A DNA stretch of 63,989 bases, filler included, from Perkinsus olseni (Eukaryota): the NCBI GenBank assembly GCA_013115125.1. It is 3 parts of 3 records of this genome, joined end to end, with 100 filler letters (N's around TTAATTAATTAA, not from the genome) between each part and the next. Parts side by side here need not be neighbours in the genome. Positions count along the whole stretch, not along the records: positions 44,165 to 63,989 come from JABANN010000591.1; 2 more parts are not named here. One strand, written 5' to 3'. Positions 46,560-57,903 of the stretch are shown piece by piece. The notes beneath the pieces were generated by a model that worked only from the letters and a program-made list of their open reading frames with translations, was not told the origin of the DNA and ran no database searches. Within the stretch, counting starts at the first letter, position 1, and every line of letters begins with the position of its first letter. The translations under genes were made by a program, and so were the position numbers.

Positions 46560-47730
46560 GCAATCGCCGCGTCTCCTAGCCCAGAGGGCGCGGGCTGTCA
46601 CTTCATTTCTACACAATGGTGATCTCCGAAACTCTTCCAGTCGCTAAGTGCTGCGGTCTTCTGAGAACCAAGTCCTGAGCTTTCTCCTTGCTTCACCAGC
46701 TGCTGTAGTCTTCTCAATGCAGTGGTGTTGCTTCTGGATTTATTGGTGATCTTACTGGACGCCTTTTCGATCAGCGAAGAGGGCGTCCGGATGCTCCATT
46801 ATAGCCTTCTTCAAACGGTTAGATTCCTTGCGGCGCTTCAAATCCGTCACCATCTTGTAGAAATAATAGGACACTCCCCCAGCCACCGCCTTCCGCGCAG
46901 GTGTCGAGGGTGGGCACGACTGCAGGTATTGACCGAAGTCCTCGGCGCGCAATAGCCACACTCCGAAAAGGAGGCCAGGCCGCATCGGGAGCGGTGCGCA
47001 GGAGTCATAACCCTGCCAGATGCAATAGTACTGGCTGCCGGAGTAACTTCCCCGCGTATCCACAGAGATGCATGAGATACACAGAAGAACTCCTTGGTGG
47101 CAGCTCCCAATCGGGCTCGCCCATCAGACCACTAGAGGCGGGTGGCGATTCGCTGTTGGCCCCTCAGGTATCGAGTGAGAGTCCGACCACTGACGCATCC
47201 CTTAGCTTCACCGTGTAACCATGTGACAGGGTAAACCGTGTACCCATGTGACAGTGTAACTCGTGTAACCATGTGGCAGGGAGTGACAGTGAGAGGGGTG
47301 ACTGAGAGTGAGGGTGAGTGAGTGAGTGAGTGAGTGAGTGAGTGAGTGAGTGAGTGAGTGAGTGAGTGAGTGAGTGAGTGAGTGAGTGAGANNNNNNNNN
47401 NNNNNNNNNNNNNNNNNNNNNNNNNNNNNNNNNNNNNNNNNNNNNNNNNNNNNNNNNNNNNNNNNNNNNNNNNNNNNNNNNNNNNNNNGAGTGAGTGAGT
47501 GAGTGAGTGAGTGAGTGAGTGAGTGAGTGAGTGAGTGAGTGAGTGAGTGAGTGAGTGAGTGAGGGTGAGCTCGCGGCTACCAACAGCGCGCCTTCGTTAC
47601 TGACCGTAGTTGGCGCACCTAATCTTACCACATCGCGGAGAGAACATGTTTCAAGACGTGGTAAATATGTGGCAGAGGGAGCACTGAAACCGTATTCCAG
47701 ATCGGCCACTAGACCATTACTTCTTGCCAT
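46560..47730 (-). CDS. Hypothetical protein, multi-exon; one intron holds the GAGT microsatellite and a gap
   Basis: Exons MARSNGLVADLEYGFSAPSATYLPRLETCSLRDV, DTRGSYSGSQYYCIWQ and MVTDLKRRKESNRLKKAIMEHPDALFADRKGVQ with splice-like boundaries. Confidence 0.45.
47212..47280. repeat. Short copy of the GTGTAACCATGTGACAG satellite family
   Basis: About three units of CCGTGTAACCATGTGACAG(G/T)GTAA, the same core as the 53960-54775 array. Confidence 0.8.
47314..47562. repeat. (GAGT)n microsatellite spanning an assembly gap (47392-47488)
   Basis: Read directly on both sides of the gap. Confidence 0.95.
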
Positions 47731-48229
47731 CGAGGGGTCAGAGAGACCAGAAGCTGAGCCATGTCTCGCAGTGAGAAATGAAATAACACGCTAATTTTGG
47801 ATAGAGAATCTCATTTGAGATGAGGCTTGACCGGATAGGCGACGCGAGTGGCAACGCCTTTCTGTAGGGCTCCGATCATCAGTGAAGTGGCGATGCTCAA
47901 TCGAAGCCGATGCCGATGAGAAGCTATCCTTGCGCCAAGAACATGGTTGTTGAGTTCCTTTTGGAACTTGGGGAGTCTCCCCGGCAGCCTGGAGCGCGAA
48001 CAGACAAATGTTCTCTTTCGAGCGGTCAATTGACACGACTGAACCCAGCGGGAATGGACGTCATCGGAGAGGCCGATGGATGGCTCATCATGTTACCGCA
48101 ACTTGTCATAGGACACCTCCTGAGCTCGCCTGGTGACCTCGTTGGCAAAGCGCAATCTGGCAAGGCACAGACTACGCGCTTAACTCTCAATCAGTCTATT
48201 GAAGCGTGGTCCGCAGACCACTAAGCGTT

Positions 48230-50315
48230 CAGACGTGCTCACTCATTCTCGAGGATCTCAGTACGGGACAGCCGGGGTGAGCTACGACCCGGACGACGCG
48301 GCGCCGGCTCTGTCGTGCCTGTGGAGACGAACGCTTCCTACGTAAGTCAACAGTTCCTGTAAAACACTCCTCGACAGATGAGAGGTAGCAGCCTCAAAAC
48401 AACAAGGGCAAGCCTGAAGTTCACCTGGGGCTCTGGACAACCTCGCACGGTCCGCGGTGAGAATCGGCGGTGTCACGAATATGTCGTCGCACCCTCGCAG
48501 AGTCCCTTCTCGCCCATAGTTGCGCATCGAACTCATAACCCTATCCTCAGCATTTGTTGCTTTTCCCTGAGCGACCCGGCTCCTGTATTTCATTCGCAAG
48601 CCGAAACATGCACCACCTACCTTGCTACGCGCTAGCTCGTTCGTCATCGCTGACACCTGGGAGTATCTCCGAGGATGCTCGAATGTAGCCCAGTCGCTAC
48701 TAGAAGCTCTTAGAGACCGATGCATCCTGAATCGATCACATCCATCGTCTAACTCCCCTCCACGAGCACCTACGTTGATAAAGCATCGGGTCCGCTCAGG
48801 GAACGCCGAATTTTATGGTTCAGGGATTTCCGCCGAGAGCCAGCCTCGGAATTGGAGGACCTCTGCGCCAGTGAGTCCGAGTATTCTGAAAATAATGAGC
48901 ATCACTTTGAAGAATCTATGGGTCGCCAATACCCTTAGAGAGCAAGTCCGATATCCGCGCTCGAAGTTGCTCATTTTCCAGTCTCAAATCGGCATTCCGC
49001 TGGGCCATCTGTAGTATGGTCATATTAGCACGCTCTGTCATACTAAAGAGAGTCTCGTTGCACTCTTGATGGGGGCTGACAGGAATGCTCTCTCTGTCCC
49101 TAAAGAAGCAGCTATCCTACTCGTGCTCGTCGACAGGAGCGATATCTTCTTGAGATTGTAGTGCTTTGCCCCGCCTCGCCATGAGTAGCATGTTTTCTAA
49201 GTTGAGCTTATCAAGTGCTTTCTTCAAGTGGCGCATCTTCTTCATCAACCTGCCAAACGATAATCTTGTAGACCTTCTCCGCAAATTCGTCGAATCGGGC
49301 ACGACCCCTCCCCGATCCTCACTGCATCTTCTCTCTTCGCTCCGTGTATATCTCCCTCTGAAGCTCCGTCACATTCTCATCGGGCTGACTTCTCGGCGGC
49401 GGCGCACACTCCACAGGCTGCTTTCCACGCTCGAGCTCAGCAGCCTGAAACAACGACTAAACCTCCTAGTTTGGGGAACCACCACGTATGGCCACTAACC
49501 CTCTCGCGGTGCCTAACGAGCCCCTCCAGGCAATCCTTGATCTCTCTGGTCACAGGGTCGTCGAGGTCATCCTCAGAGTCCTCAATTTCATCTCGGATAC
49601 CGCGGAGTGACGACGTGAAAGACTGAAATGACAGTGCGTGTCCCTCCTCCTGCTATTGTTATACTGACGATCGCCTTCTCCCCTGCCCACTCCTATTTCT
49701 CTGTGATTGTGAGGAACTCAGTGGTGAGTCTGGCAGTCAAAGGCGTCACACGGGTGTCAAATCGGTACAAGTCCGAGTGAAAATTCCCACTATTTCGTAT
49801 TGATTTCACACCCGCGACCGATAATGTCCTAGAATATGTACAAACTGCGATTCTGGCAGCACAACAGATGCAATCGTCACCACCTTGTTGACTATGGGTG
49901 GGCGCTACAAAGCTCATGAGGTATCCCGCGAGGCCCGCGATAGGAAGCTCGTATGAAATCACTCTAGGAGAACATGCTCATAGTTAAGATGCTCAATCCA
50001 CTAGAGGCAAGTAGCGGGTTATCCCCCCTAGCCCACTTCGAATCCTATGTCCGGGATAGCGACATCGGAGACATCCTCTGTGGCGGTGGGAACTGAACTG
50101 GGACGCTACAGTGCAATCCGCTCATTCATCGCCTACTCGCCGCGGCGCCTGGAATCACACGAGGCTTCATTAACAGGGCGTCACTGAGCCGCTCAAGTTC
50201 ATAATCACTAACTGCATCTGACGTAGACAATGACCTCCATCCGGGAGAGCTCCATAGCCTACCCTGCGCAACGACAGTCTCAGCCTGTGTTCGCCATTCA
50301 TAGGGTGAACTCATG
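48230..50315 (-). CDS. Hypothetical protein(s), multi-exon
   Basis: Exon-like segments MSSPYEWRTQAETVVAQGRLWSSPGW, LMKKMRHLKKALDKLNLENMLLMARRGKALQSQE and MKYRSRVAQGKATNAEDRVMSSMRNYGREG. No family recognised. Confidence 0.4.
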
Positions 50316-50520
50316 GGATTACGCTGCGCCAGTCCGTTGAAAATGGCCGAAACAAACGTGTAGTGGCAAGCGAGCTCCCCACCCAACCAACTGATCGGAG
50401 GACACTGAACACTCGGTGCTCTCTATCATCCACGGATACCAAGGATATTAACGACACAAGCTTTTTTCAGCGGAAGTAAGTTTCACAGGAGAGACTCTGA
50501 ACAAGATGCTGGCCGAGTGA

Positions 50521-53500
50521 TCAGTTTCCTTCTCGCGCCCACAGGCAGAAGTCCTGGAAGACAACCCCTTTGTAGCTGTAGAAGGGGATGTACCTGACAG
50601 AGGCAGCAGTGCTCCCGAGCATCATACTTCACGAACGCCCTGGCCTCCAATCACATTCGCGGCGAATGGTTCGCCACTGCGCTGAAAGCAACGGAAGGAG
50701 AACTCAAGGGTTTCACAGTCATCGCGTCACTGAACAACCATCGCCCGACGTACAAGCTTCTCTGAGGCGAGCGAGACGCCGCTGCATCCAGCATGGGCTC
50801 GCAGACAAGCTTCTTCGGAAATTCCGCAGGACTCCGCTCACCAACAAAGAAATCTGATACAGCACTGCGATATCGGAAGTATTGGGCGACGAGGGCTTCT
50901 CACCACAGGCCGACGAGTCGCGGTAGGTGGAAGACTCCTCCTGGTTCATCGCATTGAATTCCGGATGCACCTCGGTGGTTGAAGTGAAATGTCTTGGCAA
51001 TTGGCCGTGGAATCCAGCCCTAACAATGACACACGTCTCTTTGAGAAGATGGTGAAATTTGTGAACCATCGAGGATTGCATTTTGCACATACAATTTGCA
51101 CAGCGCTCAAAGAAGAGGTGAAATGTTGATTCAGGAGAGATATCGACGAGAGCACGGTCGAGGCAAAGTCAGGATGAACAGAGAAAATAAACGATTAATA
51201 TCCCCATGTCAGCTTAGTTATATCAATCCCTCCAGAAATACTAGACATAGAATGTTGTATAGTGAAATGAACACTAAGTACTTCAATACGATGTAGATAT
51301 CCTTTCTGATGCCATATACAACTACTTGTTTGATTTACATCAAATGAAACCATTGCTGGGTAGTCCAATAATATCTCCTACATTCAACAGCAGGCGATTC
51401 TCAGTAGTGGAAATAATGCTGCCCTGACCTACTTAGTGAACTCCATGCTCGCTCCTGGGGGTAGGAAGAAATGAGAGTATGAGCGATACCAATCATCACC
51501 CATGCATACGACTGCCTCGGGACGGCTCTCGATCACGCTGTAGCTGAGTGAACGTGTCACCCTGGGCATCGTACTCGAGCTCACCTTTTCTCCCAGACTC
51601 TCGCTGGTGCCCCGTAGTAGAGCCGCAGAGCCGCTACGCGACTAGCGGACAGGAGTGCGATGACAACCAGGGCCACGCCCACTGCCAGCCGCCGGAGTTT
51701 AGTCGTCCACGCTGGGCGCTTCGACTTTTTCGACCTGAAAATATCCTCAATCGTATGCTGAGATCGCCAACTCACGTATAAGTCGGGTAAGTGTTCACCA
51801 GAGCGACAGCGGCGCAGGCTGCGATGCAAGGATATATCTGATAGCACAGAGTAGAGGTTGCACCGTGACTGCACGGCAGCCCTACAGGATACAGGAAGCG
51901 CTCCTCCTTGTGAGCCAGCTTGGACATGGTCCCGAACCATAGAACCTGATGACGAAGGCCTATCAGCGAACAGGGGTGACGAAGGTAACGAGAACAACGA
52001 CAACAAAAATAAGAATGACAAAAACAATAACAACGACAAGAACAACCGACCATGGGGAAGCCTATCGGCAGCCAAGAGCCAATTTTGTGGCCGGTGAAGT
52101 ACCAGAGCGAGATGAACGAGAGGGGTAAGCAGATGTTGAAGTTGAGCAGACCGTTGAGAATGTAGTAATACCTGAGACCAGACCAAGCGAGTAAGTGAGG
52201 TAGCGAGGCTACTTCCGATGCAGGAGCTAGCCCCGGAACCAGTTCCTGGAAAGCAGGGATTCTCACCAGGGTTCAACGCCATATAGCTGAGAGAGGTTCT
52301 CGACGGAAAAACCAAAGTTGTAGAGAGCGATGTTCAGCGGTGCGAAGACGACCTTGCCGTAGTAGTGATAGTCCACGGCCACTGAAACACAGAGGCAATG
52401 ACTCGGGCTTGCAGGGGGGCTGCCACTTGCCTATTATCCCGCATACTATAGCCAACCCCAGGAGGCCTCTTGTGAGGGTATAGGCTATGCCTCTCTCGTA
52501 ACTAAGGAAGAGCGTTTCGAACGGTGAAGTCTATCACGTTGTCTTACACGACAGAACATACTAAGACCACGTAAACAACGCTGGCGAAGGGCCATGCAGT
52601 GGCCAGGGCGCCAAACAGAGATACTACTATGCAGGCGAAGTCATCTGAGGGACGATTTACGCAAGGTGCGGTAGGAAAAATGCTCGTATGAGCGTGAAAA
52701 TCGACTCACGCTTCCTTCCATGTAGGTAGTTCGACAGCATGAAACAGCACATGAAAAACTGTGATGGGAGGACGGCGGGGGACGCTTGGAAACTGAGAGA
52801 CTATTGGCGAGGTGACAGTATCGTAGCACAGCACTTACAGGCCGGGAAGCAGCACGCTCAGCCAGACATAGAGAGCAGCAGTCGTTCGACCCCACAATGA
52901 TGACACCATCTTAGAAAAGAAGTACCTGCAGGGTAAGTAGATGAAGTGCACGTTGTATAACAGGAAGAAACGTGGCAGTGCAAAGCATCCCCTCGTACGC
53001 TATTGGTATATTTCCTTTTCGTTTGCGAATGGATTGACCAGGAGAAAAAGCCGATAGCAAATCTCGCTCGAACTTGGTTTGTCAAAATGGAAATATTGGT
53101 CATAAAAAATCGATTTCGAGTTGGTCAGAGCCCCACTGCTCACAAGACGTCGCACGAGCCGTTGACTATACTCAAGTGACTGAATAAGATTCTCTATCGT
53201 CCTGATGTTGCCTTCCGCAGGATCGTCAAACCAAGCCGTGCCTTACTCGCAGACGACGCAGAAGGTGGCGTTGAATGCCCGTACAGCATAAAAGACCATG
53301 GGCTTAGTGATGCCAGGCATAAGAGAGAGGGACCTCGCTATACCCGCATAGATGGACGTATAAACGTATGATCGTAGACCAAACTCCGGGCTGTACTCCC
53401 ACGTTTGCAGCGACGGTAGGCCGTATGACTGAAGAGCACACAAGTGTACAGTCAAGGTGACAACGCCTAGCTCGAATTATTCGTGTGACTCCGGAACTTC

Positions 53501-53682
53501 CAAGGCAGTAGGGCTCGCGATATGCAGTGAAGGTCCGAAAGGCGTCCCACCAGTAGATGAATCGGCTCCCAGTAGTTGAAGGTTTCGTCACAATCATCTA
53601 CAACGGCGTATCGTGCTGCTAATAGCCGCGCTACTACTAACACCACCAAACCCGCGCTGTACCATCGGTCAACCAGCAGCAT
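50521..53682 (-). CDS. ALG9: Alpha-1,2-mannosyltransferase ALG9 (glycosyltransferase family 22), multi-exon
   Basis: Motifs DDCDETFNYWEPIHLL, LQTWEYSPEFGLRSY, YYILNGLLNFN, AHKEERFLYP|IYP, SASRVAAL...YGAP, GFHGQLPRHF, FNAMNQEE and C-terminal MLDAAASRSPQRSL|YIPF...N*. Confidence 0.92.
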
Positions 53683-53786
53683 TATAAACAAGTTTCGAAA
53701 AAAGTGAAACCTGACACAGGGACTCGACACTACTATTAAACGCAACAGAGGTTTGCAAAAAGGGTTGGTGAATGACATCGAATACA

Positions 53787-55888
53787 CTATGTGGTATGGA
53801 TCGGCACATGCACTTCCATGTCAATATGCTCTCCTTTGAGGTCTTCTCTCATCTTCTTCACGTTGAACTTGGCACCGTTAACCTGAGGAAGAGCGCCAGG
53901 GTGAATCGCGGTAGCAAGAAAGCGGAAGAAACAACACAGTGAAGCAGTAGAGTATGAGTCAGTGTGACCCGTGCAACCATACGACAGTGTGACAGTGTGT
54001 GATGGTGTGTGCCAGTGTGCGATGGTGTGTCACAGTGTAACCATGTGACAGTGTGTGACGGTGTGTGACAGTGTGTGATGGTGTGTGACAGTGTAGACCG
54101 TGTAACCATGTGACAGTGTGTGACGGTGTGTGACAGTGTGTGACGGTGTGTGACAGTGTGTGATGTTGTGTGTCAGCGTAATCCGTGTAACCATGTGACA
54201 GTGTGTGACAGTGTGTGATGGTGTGTGACAGTGTAACCCGTGTAACCATGTGACAGTGTGTGATGGTGTGTGTGACAGTGTAACCCGTGTAACCACGTGA
54301 CAGTGTGTGATGGTGTGTGACAGTTTGTGATGGTGTGTGACAGTGCCTGATGGTGTGTGACAGTGCCTGATGGTGTGTCACAGTGTGTGACGGTGTATGA
54401 CAGTGTAATCCGTGTAACCATGTGACAGTGTGTGACGGTGTGTGACAGTGTAATCCGTGTAACCATGTGACAGTGTGTGACGGTGTGTGACAGTGTCNNN
54501 NNNNNNNNNNNNNNNNNNNNNNNNNNNNNNNNNNNNNNNNNNNNNNNNNNNNNNNNNNNNNNNNNNNNNNNNNNNNNNNNNNNNNNNNNNNNNNNGGTGA
54601 TGGTGTGTGACAGTGTCTGATGGTGTGTGACAGTGTCTGATGGTGTGTGACAGTGTCTGATGGTGTGTGACAGTGTCTGATGGTGTGTGAATGTAACCCG
54701 TGTAACTATGCGACAGTGTGTGACGGTGTGTGGTGGTTTAACCCGTTTAACCATGTGACAGTAACCCGTGTGACCCGGAATGCAACGAGGACGGTGAAAC
54801 CAGGACCCTCGCGGCTCACCGCAGTGATGTACGAGCCCTCCGTCACTCTGGTTCCGTCGGTTTGCCTTTTATTCCACTTGTCCAGCAGCTGTCCACTGAC
54901 GATAGTAACAATCTGGCAAATGACAAACGTATCCGAACTCGGGCTGGGCGAGACTGACTGTGATGATCTTACCTCCAGACAAGTTGGATCACCTGTGCCC
55001 ATCTCCCCGCATGATGGCGGCTGATTTACGAAACCGAACTTATCGTCAGGAATCGCTTTGACAAGTTTAACTCGAACCATCCGGCATGCAGGGGCCGAGC
55101 GTGGCTGAAAAGAGCACAACGAGAGCACTCTACACCTCTGTATCAACGTCGCCCGAACTCACCAATGCACGCCTATCGGAAACATGCATAGCGCTTTCGT
55201 GTAGTGAATCACCATTCACGCGTTCCGTTGCGGTAGTATGGGCAGCCCACTTCCCCGTGGGGTCCAACGGAGCGGAGTCGAAGGGCTCATCTGAGGAGCA
55301 AGCATTGATAAGCAACAGAGACAAGTCCATGACCCCCTACCTTCACACATGGACGCCACCGTGTTGTGAGGCGCTACGGGAGGCGGGAAACTCGAGTGTG
55401 ATGTCGTGAAAGTTCTCAACGGTAATGCTGCACTCACACTGCCTTCTGCGGAGCCCTCCCTGATGGAACAAACACTCAGCGATTAACGATCGCATCATGA
55501 TTAACCCGACTCGCATCATTATGACCCAATCTGCATTGCAGATCTTAATCGGTGTCGCATCACAAAAGACGCCCAGAAAGAGCCCAGAGCGTTTTTTATC
55601 GTCGAGGCCTGATGTGGGCCGTCAGTAGGGTACGAATCATTTGACTTGTAAAACACCACCTCAACATGAGTGACCCGCAACCCTCTCACCTGCCGGAACT
55701 GAAGACTTCCTCAGCCACCGCATCATCCGGAGGGCCGCATAGTGCTCGGATGGGCGCCGTGCAGAGGCAGAAAATTCCCGACATGAGTTCCGCAAGAAGC
55801 AACCTCTCCAACAATCTTTGCACATGCGTGCACGAACCGTCACCAACTCGACATCAGACAATGGCTTGAACGAGACGTGGCGGCTCAT
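53787..55888 (-). CDS. PDZ-domain protein, multi-exon; start uncertain
   Basis: The spliced reading VRVKLVKAIPDDKFGF...CLE|IVTIVSGQLLDKWNKRQTDGTRVTEGSYITA|VNGAKFNVKKMREDLKGEHIDMEVHV..* matches the PDZ pattern (K..FGF...G..I.AVNG). The last intron is 53883-54819. Confidence 0.7.
53960..54775. repeat. Compound TG-rich minisatellite within the PDZ gene intron (contains gap 54498-54595)
   Basis: 10/20-bp units TGTGACAGTG and TGTGATGGTG interspersed with CCGTGTAACCATGTGACAG. Confidence 0.95.
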
Positions 55889-56544
55889 GTCCCTCGGTGA
55901 GACGAGGCTGATGCAACCTTCCGCAGAAACTGGGCCATCTTCGCACCTGCACCACCTAGGCCTAACACGCACTCAAATGAAGACCAACACCCTGCACAAC
56001 AGTGTTGTAACAACACTACCGGGTGAACACGTCAATGAGCTTGTCAGACTAGGTACTATCGGGTCCGCTGACCATTGCTGTCACTACCGAGTCGAAAGTG
56101 ACAAGAATCGTCAGCACGCTTCCAGCAGCTTCCGTGCTAGACTAACCCTTCGCGTTATTACGAATTTGTTCAGCCTCCAACTCCGCCACATGTCCGATGT
56201 TGGCTATACTACCTACTCATCCAGCCGGCACAAGGACCCTCCTGCCCCTCTGGCTACCTATCCTCTCCATAGACGCTGGCACTGCCCGCAGGGATTTCAT
56301 ATGATCATCATCCGAGTCGAACCTAGGCGTCTGCAAGACCATACCTGACACTCCTCACTCATACTCGCTGTTGTGGCCAAATGTCCTGACACTGATCATA
56401 GCCCAGCTTTACTCCATCACTACTCATAACGAAGTGCTTCTGTACATGCTTACGGTACCTGTAATGAGCACACCACTCCGCTACTAGGCAGGCCACAAGA
56501 GCCCGCTCCAGAACTCATGCCGCCATGGCTGCTGTGCCATACCG

Positions 56545-57608
56545 TCATCGAGTCGTCGCGTTCATGAAATTGCAAAGTGAACAGTCAGACTGACGTATCG
56601 ACGCCGTGCCAGAAATGACTCTCAACAACCAATCAATTTGAGGATGTATCATTCTATACAGAAAGACCCCAAAACTCTTTTTGTCGCTAACATACACGCC
56701 GTTCTCGCGAAGCACCGATGACCTTCTCGAAGGCTGAGCCATTCAGGACCGGACACACCGTTAGTCAATTGTGATCCGGAAGGTGCTTACCAGAAACTAT
56801 CCACTTCCTTCACCTGCTCTCTCTGATTCGGGTCATAGACCAGAATAACACCCCCACACCCCTTTTGAACCTAACGAAAGCCATGACGCATCCAGCACGC
56901 AGACGCAAATTCCTCATCACCGCCCGATAGCAGCTATCGAACTCTCCAACATCTCCCGAGACGTCCCAAAGCTCCACTGCCGCTGAGAGAGGAGTCCCAT
57001 CATGTACCCAACACACCAGCACTCCCTACTTCCATCATCTGTCTCGAACTCCAAAATACGGACACCGTTGGTCGGGGTGTACTTCAAGGCATCCGAATGC
57101 ACTGGGACTTCAGCAAGGGCCTGATACGAGCCGCTTTTCACGAAACAAAAATCCGAGGGAAATGAGGACCAGACTAGACCGCACGCACCACCAAAAAACG
57201 TGAAATACCCTCCCGTTTCACGCGGCAGCTTCCAGTCCGACCCAGACGACTACTGGCCACACAGGAGAGAACCCCATACGCTACGCGCTATGTCCTCGAC
57301 TGTCGAATGAGCGTCTCTACATGCTTAGAAGAACAATTTCAATCGCAGATCGAGACCAAACCGAAGTTCTTCAGCTGTAAGACGGATAAATTCACCCGGG
57401 ATTAATCGTTCGAGACAAATTCTCCCGTGAAAATCTTCGGATCAATTCTTTACTGCACTGTCCGTGTCGATATGTATCACAGATAGAATAACGCAAGAGC
57501 AGACGCAGACAACAAGCATTTCCAGCTCAGCCCCTCCACCCCAAGTATTATTACATTAGCAATGGTCGTCTTACCAGCGCCTTTTGGTCCTAGCATTGCG
57601 ATCTTCAT
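56545..57608 (-). CDS. IFT22: Intraflagellar transport protein 22 (RABL5), multi-exon; 3' end uncertain
   Basis: MKIAMLGPKGAGKTTIAN|ALAE...KYTPTNGVRILEFE...|VELWDVSGD..EFDSCYRAVM. The P-loop plus Y.PT.GVRILEFE and ELWD.SGD are characteristic of IFT22. Confidence 0.88.
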
Positions 57609-57903
57609 GAGAACCTCAGCAAGTGAAAAAACAACCTGCTGGATTCGCCAAAAGAGTGGTACGGAAGCCGTACCGTAACAAACACAACACTCCCTCGAGC
57701 TTAACGTAATGGAACAGTATCAGTAGTAAAACGTTGGTAATACTGGTATGCTCGTCCTCTTCCTAATGCATTCCACCGCTATCACCCATCACTATGTCAT
57801 CATCAATACCTAAGACAACACAGATCACATCCCCCGCTAGTTGAGTCTGTTTGAGCTTTCACTCATCTCCTCTGCAGCACGCGAATGAAGTACAAGGGGC
57901 TTG

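Noticed and set aside
53858-54754. His/Thr/Cys-rich ORFs as metal-binding repeat proteins
   Set aside because: They are translations of a TG-rich satellite open in several frames, and splicing over it completes a PDZ domain.
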